DNA of 64,000 bases, from positions 98,458,001 to 98,522,000 of the forward strand of contig CM052817.1 in the NCBI GenBank assembly GCA_028534125.1, written 5' to 3'. The position numbers and the translations under genes were made by a program. This DNA is from Lama glama (Eukaryota). The notes beneath the pieces were generated by a model. It had not been told where the DNA came from. It did not search any database and was given only the letters and a program-made list of their open reading frames with translations. Positions 63,511 to 64,000 of this stretch are shown here, one piece after another; within the stretch, counting starts at the first letter, position 1; every line of letters starts with the position of its first letter.

Positions 63511-64000
63511 CAAACTCTTCATTCTCTCACAAAATGTCTCCTTGTTTTTTACCATGTAGACTCGTGGGCCACAGGCAGCTGTAACTTTGGGGCAATGGCA
63601 TCCCGAGGACTAGAGCTGGGGGAGACCCTAGCAATGAAGGGGAGGGACAACTGGACTCTAAGCCACCTTAAAAGTGTTAGGTTAGACACACTAGTAAGTG
63701 TTTCTAAGATGCTACTAAGGGAAGTATCTACTAAGATGTCCCATCATTGGGTATGGAACTGTCACTCGGTAGTTATTCTAGAAAAAACAACTCTCCCCTT
63801 GCTTTCTGTCTTCCCCTATCCTTCCACTCTTACCTATGGAAGGTGCTGTAAAGTCATTACCAAACTCAAATCTCCCTGTTCTCCCACACTTGCCACTGTA
63901 TCTCCCCCCATTCAAGGCTGTCTACATATGTCTAAGGATAATGATTGATAGATTTTTTTTTAATCTTCTTTCCCAAAGTAGTTGTCAAGACTTCAGACAC

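Larger units (their letters stand above)
1..64000 (-). other. IQCM: Internal part of the IQCM gene (four coding exons plus introns); gene probably extends beyond both window ends
   Basis: Four exons join in frame with compatible phases (1-0, 0-1, 1-2, 2-1). The peptide is colinear with recalled human IQCM (..PTLEITKQDFFQEAKTLIAQHYEKINENKVQGTSINVFR..SFKEPHIF..QVKLDKIMTIIEPVSKKME..YPFP..LLKE). Confidence 0.9.

Noticed and set aside
63502..63948. 148-aa plus-strand ORF
   Set aside because: It starts in an L1 3' end, is antisense to IQCM, and has no recognisable domain or supporting splice or promoter signals.
61381..64000. IQCM start-codon exon or promoter/CpG island
   Set aside because: I found no sequence encoding the expected N-terminus and no CpG island; both are probably beyond the window end.
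1..64000. CRISPR arrays, operons or other prokaryotic/novel multi-gene systems
   Set aside because: No regularly spaced repeat-spacer array and no gene-dense segment. The content is fully consistent with mammalian introns.

Overview
This is AT-rich mammalian genomic DNA, most likely from a camelid (alpaca, vicuna or camel), judged from three tRNA-Ala-derived vic-1-type SINEs and the absence of ruminant Bov-A/Bov-tA elements. The whole window lies inside one minus-strand gene that I recognise as IQCM (IQ motif containing M). Four internal coding exons (61378-61296, 59506-59239, 21087-20997, 13488-13397) have canonical AG/GT boundaries. They splice into one 534-nt open frame matching the N-terminal part of IQCM as I recall the human protein. 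I did not find the start exon or the downstream IQ-motif exons in the window. The rest is intron, with young L1s (one 3.8 kb copy and one 5'-inverted copy), old L1M/L2/MIR, MaLR/ERVL LTRs, hAT MITEs, microsatellites and a 500-N gap. Nearly all ORFs in the supplied track are TE fragments or chance. I found no convincing novel biological system. The best second-look items are an apparent splice-acceptor shift in IQCM, a twin-primed L1 with a breakpoint duplication and nested SINE, sense-oriented intronic L1 poly(A) signals, and TE-poor intronic blocks that may be regulatory. TE subfamily names come from recalled consensus sequences, and boundaries of old repeats are approximate.
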